Part shown: piece after piece, positions 1 through 11,915 of the stretch | Position numbering within the stretch: the stretch's first letter is position 1 | Layout of the letters: each line of letters opens with the position of its first letter | DNA from: Octopus sinensis | Lineage: Eukaryota | DNA: 64,000 nucleotides | Assembly: GCF_006345805.1 (NCBI RefSeq) | Contig: NC_043021.1 | Location: 18,724,001 to 18,788,000, forward strand | Reading direction: 5' to 3' | Notes under the pieces: model-generated | Seen by the model: the letters and a program-made list of their open reading frames with translations, nothing else | What the model was told of the DNA's origin: nothing | The model's database searches: none | Program-made: the position numbers and the translations under genes

Positions 1-543
1 TTAACCCCTTCCACCAAATTTCAGGCCTTGTGCCTATAGCAGAAAGGATTATTATTATAGGATGTTTGTTTGTCCTTACATTCTGAGTTCAAATCCTGCC
101 AGGGTCAACTTTGCATTTTGTCCTTTCAGGATTGACAAAATAAGTCCTAGTTGAGCACTGGGGTCAATGCAATGAACTGACCCCTTCCTCAGAATTGCTG
201 AGCCTTCTACTTTAGCCTCAGGCCAACCAGAGCCTTGTGAGTGCATCTGGTATGCGGAAACAGAACGAAGCTTGTTGTGTGTGTGTATGTATACACGTGC
301 CTTTGTATCTGTCCCCCAGCACCACTTCACAACTGGTGTTGGTGTGTTTACGTCCCCATACCTTGTCAGTTCAGCAAAAGACTAAATTTCAAGCTTAACA
401 AAAACCTATAAGTACAGGTGGAATCGATTCATTAGACTAAAACTCATCAATGCACTGCCCCAGCATGGCCCCAGTCTAATGACCAAAACGAGTAAAAGAT
501 TAAAGACGAAGATTGAAGTAATTAAGAAAATTGTCCCACTTAC

Positions 544-597
544 CCGCATAGCCAACCCCTGCTCCTGTTCATTGACTTGTGCCGACCAGTCAGACAT
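544..597 (-). CDS. First coding exon (MSDWSAQVNEQEQGLAMR) of a probable DDX19/DDX25 (Dbp5)-type DEAD-box RNA helicase; gene continues beyond the left edge
   Basis: Minus strand: poly-T tract + ttattgtAG acceptor (exon starts 601), ATG at 597, 18 codons, donor CGG|GTAAGT at 543. The W-x3-V-[DN]-EQE pattern resembles the DDX19 N-terminus (human DSWALAVDEQE); identity is recalled similarity on only 18 aa. Confidence 0.6.
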
Positions 598-1741
598 ATT
601 TCTACAATAAAGTAAAAAAAAAAAAATATATATATATATATATGAATAGACATTAATAGCATAGACTTCAGTTAGGATTGAACCTGAAATAATAACATTT
701 AAAATGGAAAGGATTACAAACTCATACCTAAAGATGTCATACAATCAGCATTCTCCATCTGACCAGAACTCTGTGTGCGTGTGTGTATAGATGGCGCATG
801 GCCTAATGGTTAAGGTGTTTGGACTCATGATCAAAAGGTCGTGGTTTCAATCCCTAGATCGGGTGTTGCGTTGTGTTCTTGAGCAAAACACTTCATTTCA
901 CATTGCTCTGTGATCACCTCAACACCTGACTTGTGGCACACAGTGCACCTGTTCAGACAACATTTTTTTTTTCCAACTGGGGTAACCATGTACCTTCCCT
1001 ACAGCAAGGCACACGTTCCTTGCTCATCACCTGGGCACAAACCCACCTCCTTCAATACTATTCCGCCGTCCTCAGTTGAGGGAGTCTTGTTTTGCCAGTA
1101 ACTAGGTGACCTCACTGATGCTGGTGCCATGTAAAAAGCACTCGGTATAGTGGTTCACATTAGGAAGGGCATCCAGCCATAGAAGCCATGCCAAAACAGA
1201 CAATGGAGTTTGGCGCCGTCTTCTGGCTTGCCACCTCGACCCATGCTAGTATGGAAAATGGATGCTAAACAATCCTTTCTACTAAAGGCACAAGGCCTGG
1301 ATTTTTGTAGGGAGGGGGCCAGTCGATTAGATCGACCCCAGTGCGTAACTGGTACTTAATTTATCGACCCCGAAAGGATGAAAGGCAAAATCGACCTCGG
1401 TGGAATTTGAAGTCAGAATATAGCGACAGGTGAAATACCACTAAGCATTTTGTCCAGTGTGCTAACGATTCTGCCAGGTTGCCACCTTCAAATAGATGTT
1501 GAATAATGATGTCGTCATCACTATCGTACAAGTAATGTCATTGATTTACAAAATTCTGCCTTTCATCCCTTTGAGAGTGAAAAAATAAAGTACTGGTTGT
1601 GTACTGGGTTCAATGTACCAACTTTCCTACCCCTAAAATTGCCGACCCTGTGACAAAATTACAAAACATACTAGCAACAAAAGAAATTTCGCAAAAAGAA
1701 AGCAAGAAAAAAAAAAAAACTGATGGAGCAAAATAAATACC

Positions 1742-1958
1742 TATTTCTTTATTACTCACAAGGGGCTAAACAAGTACAGACATAGGTATTAAGTTGATTA
1801 CATCGACCCCAGTGCGTAACTGGTACTTAATTTATCGACCCTGAAAAGATAAAAGGCAAAGTCGACCTCGGCGGAATTTGAACTCACAACATAATGGCAG
1901 ACGAAATACCGCTAAGCATTTTGCCCAGCGTGCTAACGTTTCTGCCAGCTCGCCGCCT
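1742..1958 (-). mobile_element. tRNA-derived MetaSINE-like element (family B), full length
   Basis: Pol III head, central GCCTTTCATCCTTTCGGGGTCGATAAA-type domain, 11-bp TSD aaataaatacc (1731-1741/1962-1972). Other copies near 1271, 3050, 3290, 12242, 13184, 19445, 22376, 26618, 31961, 38441, 41357. Confidence 0.85.
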
Positions 1959-2166
1959 TATAAATAAATACCAGTTGACTTTCATGAAAGACAATGCTGC
2001 TTACACCTCATGATCATCATAATAATAATAATAATAAATTCTTTTATCATCATAATAATAATAATAGTAATAATAACTTAAAAATTCTTTTGAAGGAAAC
2101 AAGCAGTCAAGTGATGTTAGTTGCAGAGAGATTTTTCACAAAAAACAGTTTGGTAATAAAGGAATT

Positions 2167-2548
2167 GAGTGGCTGTGTGGTAAGTAGCTTGTTTACCAAC
2201 CACATGGTTCCGGGTTCAGTCCCACTGCGTAGCACCTAGGGCAAGTGTCTTCTACTATAGCCTCGGGCCGACCAAAGCCTTGTGAGTGGATTTGGTAGAC
2301 GGAAACTGAAAGAAGCCCGTCATATATATGTATGTGTGTGTATGTTTGTGTGCCTGTGTTTGTCCCCTTAGCATCGCTTCACAACCGATGCTGGTGTGTT
2401 TATGTCCCCGTCACTTAGCGGTTCGGCAAAAGAGACCGATAGAATAAGTACTGGGCTTACAAAGAATAAGTCCCGGGGTCGAGTTGCTCGATTAAAGGCG
2501 GTGCACCAGCATGGCCGCAGTCAAAATGACTGAAACAAGTAAAAAGAG
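2167..2548 (+). mobile_element. tRNA-derived SINE (family A, the dominant octopus SINE here) with internal TA/TG microsatellite
   Basis: GAGTGGCTGTGTGGTAAG...GGTTCAGTCCC head and ...TGACTGAAACAAGTAAAAGAG tail. About 20 copies in the window (e.g. 2606-, 5052-, 16304+, 18023-, 28500-, 36965-, 37510+, 40591+, 42128+, 50820+, 55792+, 56375-, 58390-). Confidence 0.9.
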
Positions 2549-2605
2549 AAAAAAAAAAAGAGAATTATTAAACTAAAAACTTGGTTTTGTACCTTATTTA
2601 TTCTT

Positions 2606-2925
2606 TACTCTTTTACTTATTCTTTGTAAGCCTAGTACTTATTTTATCGGTCTCTTTTGCCGAACCGCTAAGTTTATGGGAACGTAAACACATCAGCATC
2701 AATTGTTAAGCAATGTTGGGGAACAAACAAACATACGCACACACACACACATATATATATATATGACAGGCTTCTTTCAGTTTCCGTCTACCAAATCCGC
2801 TCACAAGGCTTTGGTCGGCCTGAGGCTATAGTAGATGACACTTGCCCAAGGTACCATGCAGTGGGCCTGAACCCAGAACCATGTGGTTGGTAAGCAAGCT
2901 ACTTACCACACAGCCACTCCTATGC
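2606..2925 (-). mobile_element. Family A SINE, inverted relative to the 2167-2548 copy
   Basis: Reverse complement of the family A consensus, about 60 bp from the plus-strand copy. Confidence 0.9.
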
Positions 2926-4163
2926 CTATTTATGTATAAAATACTACAATTAGCCATCATTTTTGACGGTATGGGCCAGCTAACGTTTATATATTTTCCA
3001 GACCTTTGAAGGTGCTCCAACTTAGCTTTGGCCATGATGGCTAAATAGCAGTTTCAAATTCTGGCACAAGGCCAGCAATTTTACAGGGAGGGAGGGAGGA
3101 GATAGTCAGTTACAGTGACCTCAGTACTTGACTAGTTCTTTATTTTTACAAACCCCGACAGGACAAAAGGTAAAGTGGGCCTCAGTAGGATTTGAACTCA
3201 GAACGAAGCAAGCCAGAAATGCCACTAAGCATTTTGTCCCAGGTGCTAACAATTCTACCAGCTCACTGCCTTATTTCAATTGCTCAATTTCTTTCTACTA
3301 TAGAGGTGAGGGCTGAAATTTGCAGGGAGGCAACCTGTCAGTTACACCGATCCCTGCATTCAACAGGTACTTTATTTTATTGACCCTGAAAGGATGACAG
3401 GCAAAAATTAATCCCAGTGAGATTTGAACTCAGAACTTAGCTCACTGAAATAAATGCCATTAAACATTTAGTCCAATGTGCTAATGGTTTTACGAGCTTG
3501 CTATCATCATTATCATTGGTTAATGTTTGCTTTCCATGGGTTGGACGGTTTGACAGGGGATGGTCAGCTGGAGAGCTGTTGGATGTCTTCCAAACACCAG
3601 CCACTTTACAAGTGTGCCGGGTGCTCTTATGTGACACCAGCACAGGGGCATTTCATGTGGCACCGGCACAAGTATTTTTTACGTGGCACCGACACCAACA
3701 ACCCAACATGTGTTGGCACACACACTGTATCAAATACTAAAAGCAATACCTGGTAAGTGGCCATTTAACAAGGTTTTTTATGATTCACAGAAGAACAAAG
3801 CGCTTGAACTTGTTTACATATAATTAGTGTTGTTAAGTGTAATTAGTAGGAATTACTAAGACTGACAGAGTTAGAGACAAACTAGACAGAGGACAGAGGA
3901 GAATGTAAATAAAATGAAAGCGAAATCTCAAGTTGTCACTGAGGAAGAAGTCATGTGATGAGTGGAGTGTAGGTCAGTATAGTGAGTGGAACTTGTCGAG
4001 CTGTCAATTAGTGGAGTATGGGTTGATGTGGTGAGTGTAACAGTTAGTCATAATGAGTAGCTATCATCTGTGGAGTATGGGTTTAAGTAGTGAGTGGAAC
4101 TTGTAAAACTGTAAAAGAGTTGAGTGGAGTATCTGTAAATGTGTGCGTGTATACGTGTATGTA

Positions 4164-4209
<46 letters not shown>

Positions 4210-4560
4210 TGTCAGGTCACTTTCGAGTGGTAACATGTAACCCAGTACAACCTGTTGCATGGTCGGGTCGTCGGCGACTAAATCGGCAACCCCACCAAGC
4301 TTGCTTGGTGAGGAGGGTGTTTATTGGACACCCCGCGCGATGAAAACAAAACCTGTCAGAGAGTCCAATAAATGTCTTAAGGCTGTATCATGCGCGGGAA
4401 CATAGAAATAATCGGACTGAATACCCGATCGCGCGGTTAAACCATTGGGAGTGAAGGACTCCTAGCCTTTGTTAGGGCATCCTTCTAGGAGAAGGTAACT
4501 CAGGTAACTGGAATAACTCCAACATAAAACCTGCGGCTCAGTGGTTACCGATGATGTTGA
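4210..4560 (+). mobile_element. 5' UTR fragment of an RTE-clade LINE (or RTE-derived non-autonomous element)
   Basis: Contains the RTE 5'UTR-type motif TAGGGCATCC..TAGGAGAAGG..AACTC..AAACC. GC/CpG-rich and structured; begins at a TA microsatellite. Confidence 0.5.
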
Positions 4561-5274
4561 CTTGTTCTTTTCGGATTATGGCTGCTGTTGCTTAGTGAGT
4601 GGGATTGACACAGTGCACAGCCTTTCCTCACTTTAAAAACAATCTTCTTGCACAGGCATTGCACGATAACAACATTGATTAAGCTTCGTACAATGGCCAT
4701 ACCCGATAATGAGGGGGCAACCACCATATATATATATATATCCTGGGTTCACTTTGCTGAATTATAAATATTTTACTGAATGCATATCCAAGAGAATTAC
4801 AATGACTATGGAGACTAGTACATTCTTGTATTCTTTTGCTTCGGTTATTTGTCTGTGGCCATGCTGGAGCATCACCACGAAATGTTTTTAGTCGAACAAA
4901 TCAACCCCAGGACCTATTGTTTGTAAGCCCAGAACTTATTTTATTGTTCTCTTTTCTTTTGTCAAACTGGTAAGTAATAGAGATGTAAACACCAACATCG
5001 GTTGTCAAGCAATGGCAGTAGGGACAAACTATATATAAATACATACATATCTCTTTTACTTGTTTCAGTCATTTGATTGCGGCCATGCTGGAGCACCACC
5101 TTTACTTGAGCAAATCGAACCCAGGACTTATTCTTTGTAAGCCCGGTACTTATTCTATCGGTCTCTTTTGTCGAACCGCTAAGTTACAGGAACGTAAACA
5201 CACCAGCATCAGTTGTCAAGTGATGTTGGGGGGACAAACACAAACATACACACACACATGTATGTATATATATA

Positions 5275-5315
<41 letters not shown>

Positions 5316-5610
5316 TACAGATATATGTCAGGCTTCTTTCGGTTTCCGTCTACCAAATCCACTCACAAGGCTTTGGTCGGCCTGAGGCTATAGTAGAAGA
5401 TACTTGCCCAAGTTCCACGCAGTGGGACTGAACCTGGGACTATGGGACTGGAAACGAAACTGTTTCCCTCACAGACCTACCAATATCTATCATATTTATT
5501 CCATTGCTTGCATTGTTTGAACTATTGGACAGGAGTTGGCAAGTCATGAGACTGCGCCAAGTTCAAGAGCCTGCTTTCGCATGGCTTCTACAACTAAATG
5601 CCCTTCCTAA

Positions 5611-5682
<72 letters not shown>

Positions 5683-5684
5683 CA

Positions 5685-6290
5685 ATGACGAAAGACCGAG
5701 ATCTCTGGAGATATGCTGTGACTGCAAAGACCCGGGATGCTTCCTGCACCAATTTCGCATAGCCCCAGCCCATCCAAAGTACCTTGGATTGCAGAACGAC
5801 CTGCTGTGCTTGAGGAGACCTACATCAATATCAAAATAAATATCAAATGGAAATTGTAGTTGTGATACTTGTGCCGGTGGCACGTAAAAAGCACCATCTG
5901 AATGTGGCCGATGCCAGTGCAGCCTTGACTGGCTTCTGTGCTGGTGACACCTAAAAAGCACCATCCGAATGTGGCCGATGCCAGCGCTGCCTTAACTGGC
6001 TTCTGTGCCAGTGGCACATGACCTGCTGTGCTTGAGGAGACCTATTGAGACAAGTACATCAACATCAAAATAAATATCAAATGGAAATTGTAGTTGTGAT
6101 ACCTGTGCCGGTGGCACGTGAAAAGCACCCACTACACTCACAGAGTGGTTGGCGTTAGGAAGGGCATCCAGCCGTAGAAACACTGCCAGATCAGACTGGA
6201 GCCTGGTGCAGCCTCCTGGCTTCCCAGACCCCGGTCGAACTGTCCAACCCATGCTAGCACGGAAAACAGACATTAAACAATGATGATGAT
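5685..6290 (+). mobile_element. 5'-truncated RTE LINE 3' end (last codons TKDRDLWRYAVTAKTR, repetitive 3'UTR, (GAT)n tail)
   Basis: DRxxWR C-terminal motif, tandem GTGCCGGTGGCACGTAAAAAGCACC units, GGCGTTAGGAAGGGCATCC motif and GAT tail. Other 3' ends near 1100, 3505-, 7105, 7445, 17460-, 21725, 33030-, 37915-, 38965, 41620, 46455-, 48585-, 56190. Confidence 0.75.
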
Positions 6291-6430
6291 ATATATATAT
6301 AAGAGATAATGGTGTCATTGAGACCCAAAGGTGTCAGGTAATGCTGAATAAGTGCTATAGACAGACCATAGTTAAGTTCCAGATTCGGTAATATTGCAAA
6401 TAAAGAGTTCAACATTGGTTCTATGTCAGC

Positions 6431-6574
6431 GTGTATATATAAGAATTTTTTGTGTAATAAGATAAAAAAAACCAAGGATGTATAGATATTATATTAATTT
6501 AAATGCTCTAATATCTATACAGCCTTGGTTTTTTTTTATCTTATTACACAAAAAATTCTTATATATATATACAC
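6431..6574. repeat. Near-perfect inverted repeat (~58-bp arms, 17-nt loop)
   Basis: 6434-6491 is the reverse complement of 6509-6567, with about 1 mismatch and 1 indel. Confidence 0.9.
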
Positions 6575-8590
6575 ACACATATATAGTGTGCTGTTCCATG
6601 ATGGTAAGATCAACAAAAAAAGTACACCATCTGGTGAGAGATAAATATTATTTAATAAACACAATATAAGTATTTATATGTTGTTATTAGTTTCATGAGT
6701 TTAGAGCATGGCAAACAGTATTTTTTAACACATCTGGTGTCCTAGCACAATCATCAGACACTACCCACATGGCATATGTAATATCCTAATGCATATATCA
6801 TATACATTTCGATGCATGTATATAATGTAAATCCCAGTGTGCACATATATTTCAATATGTGTGCGTGTATAAATAAATAAATTACACACATACACACATA
6901 TATATATACATTATAAATATATAAGATGTGAAAAAAGCGTGATGGCTACGAGTGGAAAGTTTCATATCAGAACTTGCAAGATCAAGATTGACATGGGATT
7001 AAATAACAATAACAGCATCAATAGTTAACTTTTTGATTTACGTGCAAGGTGTATATCGATGTAAATAAAAAGACATCACATGAATATATCATATGCATTA
7101 CGTGTCCTGTGCCGGTGGCACGTAAAAAGCACCCACTACACTCATGGAGTGGTTGGCATTAGGAAGGGCATCCAGCTGTAGAAACATTGCCAGATAAGAC
7201 TGGAGCCTGGTGCAGCCTTCTGGCTTCCCAGATCCCCGGTCGAACCGTCCAACCCATGCTAGCATGGAGAACAGACGTTAAACGATGATGATGACGTGAG
7301 CATGAAGATAGATAGATAGACGGATAGACAGACAGATAGACGGATAGACAGATAGATAGACGGATAGATAGACAGATAGATAGACAGATAGACGGATAGA
7401 TAGATAGACGGATAGACAGACAGGCAGATAGATAGATAGTGGCTTCCATGCCGGTGGCACGTGACAAAACATTCAAGCGAGGTCGTTGCCAGTGTCGCTG
7501 GACTGGCTCCTGTGCAGGTGGCACGTAAAAAACATCATTTGAGCGTGGCCGTTGCCAGTACCGCCTGACTGGCCCTCGTACAGGTGGCACGTAAAAGCAC
7601 CCACTACACTCTCGGAGTGGTTGGCGTAAGGAAGGGCATCCAGCTGTAGAAACTCTGCCAGGTGCAAGCCATCTGGTTCGCCAGTCCTCAGTCAAATTCC
7701 ATGCTAGCATGGAAAGTGGACGTTAAACGATGATTATAGATAGACGGAAACTGAAAGAAGCCCGTCGTGTGTATATATATGTATGTGTGTGTGTGTGTGT
7801 TTGTCCCCCCCAACATCGCTTGACAACCGATGCTTGTGTGTTTACGTCCCCGTAACTTAGCGGTTCGGCATAAGAGACCGATAGAATAAGTACTAGGCTT
7901 ACAAAGAATAAGTCCTGGGGGTCGATTTGCTCGACTAAAGGCGGTGCTCCAGCATGGCCATAGTCAAATGACTGAAACAAGTAAGAGTGTATATATTGTG
8001 CGAGTATATATAAGGATTTACAACTGCATCACATTCATAGAGTGTGGACATGACGAGAGAAGAAAGCGTCTATAATGACTAAATTATCAATTAATATAAC
8101 TAAAGATGCTATTTCTTTTTTTTATATATAAATATTAGAGTAGCAAACACGTTTTTCCAGTAAGATCAGTCACTAATTATGTCCGCATGAATGTATGTAT
8201 ATTTGTACGTACGTATATGTATGGTTATAAATATGCGTGTATATGTATGTATATATATACCAAGATGTTTACGAATGTGTTTATACTGAAATATACATTT
8301 GCGTATAAACACGTGTATACATACACATGCGTATATGATATAGGATATACGTATTAAGTTTCAGATTTTGTATATATATATATATCCCAAGTTGTTTACA
8401 AATTTGAATCTGTGTGTTGTGTGTATAAACATGTAACCACATACATATACGTATATGCTACACAAGACATTATACGCACTAAGTTACAGGCTATACAAAC
8501 ATATACATACACACACGTTCGTATAAAAATAAACACGCATGCATGAAGTATACACACATAAATACACGAAATTACAGGTTTTATAATATA

Positions 8591-8682
<92 letters not shown>

Positions 8683-8708
8683 AATAAATAAAATATATGC
8701 ATGCATAT

Positions 8709-8767
<59 letters not shown>

Positions 8768-9376
8768 GGGAGAGTTTACGAAAAAAAAGAAGACAGGTGG
8801 TGTACAAAAAAACAGATGTATTAGTATAACGCTCAGTATATTAGTATATATTAGTATAACAACTTATGATATATATATATATATATATATATATTATTAT
8901 ATATATATATATATATATATCTCATAGGTTGTTGATTACAAATGTCCGTCTGTATTTAAATATACATACGTGTGCATAAGCATATAAATACTCATGTATA
9001 CATACATAAAACATTATACGCACTAAGTTACAGATCATATATATATATGCATAAAAGACTATATATATATATATACACACACAAATTCACTTGTGATTTA
9101 TTATTACAAAGCATAGCTTCGTCGTTTAAAAGCCCATCTAGTTCTACACACTTCACACGTGGTGGCCATCCTTCCTGAATATTACCACACTCATATATAC
9201 ACACACATACACACCACACTTTTATATACACAGAAAAATGTCCTAGTTTCTTCCCCCATCAAAAAATCACTTACAGCTATTAATTTCTCACAATGACTAA
9301 CATTCCTGCCGCCTAAAATGTTGAATGTTTGTGTAGAAAAAATATAATAATGAATGATGATGATAATAATAATCAC

Positions 9377-9460
9377 CTTAGCTCTGTGTTGTGCTGTAAA
9401 AGAAACTGACACACACCACGCCGGTCGAAGAAGGAAGAGGAAGGGGGCGGAGCCAATAAT
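9377..9460 (-). promoter_or_regulatory. Candidate promoter and non-coding exon 1 of the gene at 544-597
   Basis: Unique CpG-containing patch with GC box (GGGGCGGAG 9444-9452) and CCAAT (9453-9457). Minus strand reads cttcctcttccttcttc (pyrimidine start) through to AAG|GTGATT donor at 9376. Confidence 0.5.
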
Positions 9461-9617
9461 AATAAATATAAGTGTCAAGCCCTAAAAATATTTAGGGGGT
9501 GGAAAAAGATAATTGAAATATTAAATTTAAATATATATATATAAATATTATAATATTATAATATTAAAATAAATAATGATTTATTATATTGACAATAACG
9601 GGCCCGAGACGTTAATG

Positions 9618-10434
9618 ACATATACATGCATATAATATACATATATATATATACATATAATATGCATATATATATATACATATAATATGCATATATATAT
9701 ATACATATAATATGCATATATATATATACATATAATATGCATATAAATATATACATATAATATGCATATATATATATACATATAATATGCATATATATAT
9801 ATACATATAATATGCATATATATATATACATATAATATGCATATATATACATATAATATGCATATATATATATATACATACATATAATATGCATATATAT
9901 ATATACATACATATAATATGCATATATATATATACATACATATAATATGCATATATATATATACATACATATAATATACATATATATATATACATACATA
10001 TAATATGCATATATATATACATATAATATGCATATATATATACATATAATATACATATATATATACATATAATATACATATAATATACATATAATATACA
10101 TATAATATACATATATATATACATATACATATAATATACATATAATATACATATATATATATATATACATATAATATACATATATATATATATATACATA
10201 TAATATACATATATATATATATATACATATATATACATATATATAATACATACATATAATATACATATATATATATACATATAATATACATATACATATA
10301 TACATATATATACATATACATATATACATATAATATACATATATATATATACATATAATATACATTATATATATATATACATATATATACATACATATAA
10401 TATACATATATAATATATACATATAATATACATA

Positions 10435-10467
<33 letters not shown>

Positions 10468-10594
10468 ATATATATACATATATATACATACATATATATA
10501 TATATATCTATATATATATATATACATATATATACATACATATATATATATTACATATAATATACATATATATACATATATATACATACATATA

Positions 10595-10628
<34 letters not shown>

Positions 10629-10664
10629 ATACATATATAATATACATATATATATATATATTAC

Positions 10665-10701
<37 letters not shown>

Positions 10702-11062
10702 CATAATATATATATATACATATATATACATACATATATATACATAATATATATATATATACATATATATACATACATATAATATACATATATATATATA
10801 CATAATATACATATAATATACATATATATATACATATATATATATACATATATATATACATATAATATACATACATATATATATATATACAATAATATAC
10901 ATACATATATATATATACATATAATATACATACATATATATATATATATACATATAATATACATATATATATATATACATACATATAATATACATATATA
11001 TATATACATACATATAATATACATATATATATACATACATATAATATACATATATATATATA
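9618..11062. repeat. 1.45-kb compound TA / TACA / ATATAAT / ATGCAT microsatellite
   Basis: Near-pure alternating purine-pyrimidine sequence; source of the spurious 507-aa, 288-aa and 242-aa ORFs. Confidence 0.95.
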
Positions 11063-11915
11063 TGCATGTTTATATGCATGCATGTGTGTATGTATTATGT
11101 ATGTATGGACAGGGGCCTTCAAGCAATCAAAATTGTCGGGGACGGGACGAAATGAACAAGAAAATATTGGTGAAATTAACAATAATCAAGAAATAACGGC
11201 CAATTAGTGAACGACAGTAATTAAATAACAAGGAAAATGTTTATATTAATTTGTGTGAGTTATGTTGTTGTTTAAGAACAACAATAAAAAATAATGTAAC
11301 TGCAAACACACCTTAAACTAAAAAAACTTTAACTTAAGGAAAGATTAAATCTAAATATTTATTAATAATATTAATTAATTAATTAATTTAATAATAACGA
11401 AGTAAACAAATGTTTTGTTAGTTTATCTTATATTTTCGTATGATGCTGATGATGATTAATTAATAATAATAATGACAATAAAGATCAAGCAAAAATAAAA
11501 TTAAATAAAACACTGAAGTTAAATAAACAAAAATTAATTAAATTAATTATAATTAAGGATGCGAAAGAATGTTTATTTGTAAATTTGTGCTAGTTTTTGT
11601 TTTTATTCTTCTTTGTACCGGAAGTTTATTCAATAATAGAGAAGAAATACAGAAGCAGGCCTCATCATTCATACACTAAACCCAAACCCAAACAAAGAAA
11701 ATGTGTTGAGAAATATTTCGCATTTTCTTTGATATTTAAAAGAAAAAAACTTTTATTTCTGAAACTAAATTGACTCGTTGGAAATATAATAGTAATAAAT
11801 TATAGGAAATATAGATGTTTTCATTAAAGAATCTGTGTATATTAATTTTGAGTGGAAATTTGGCGCCTTGAGGTTTCCTAAGTGAATAAAATATACATAT
11901 ACACACACACACATC

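Noticed and set aside
9556-11182. 507-aa and overlapping Y/I/M/C-rich ORFs
   Set aside because: Translations of a TA/TACA microsatellite, open in all frames.
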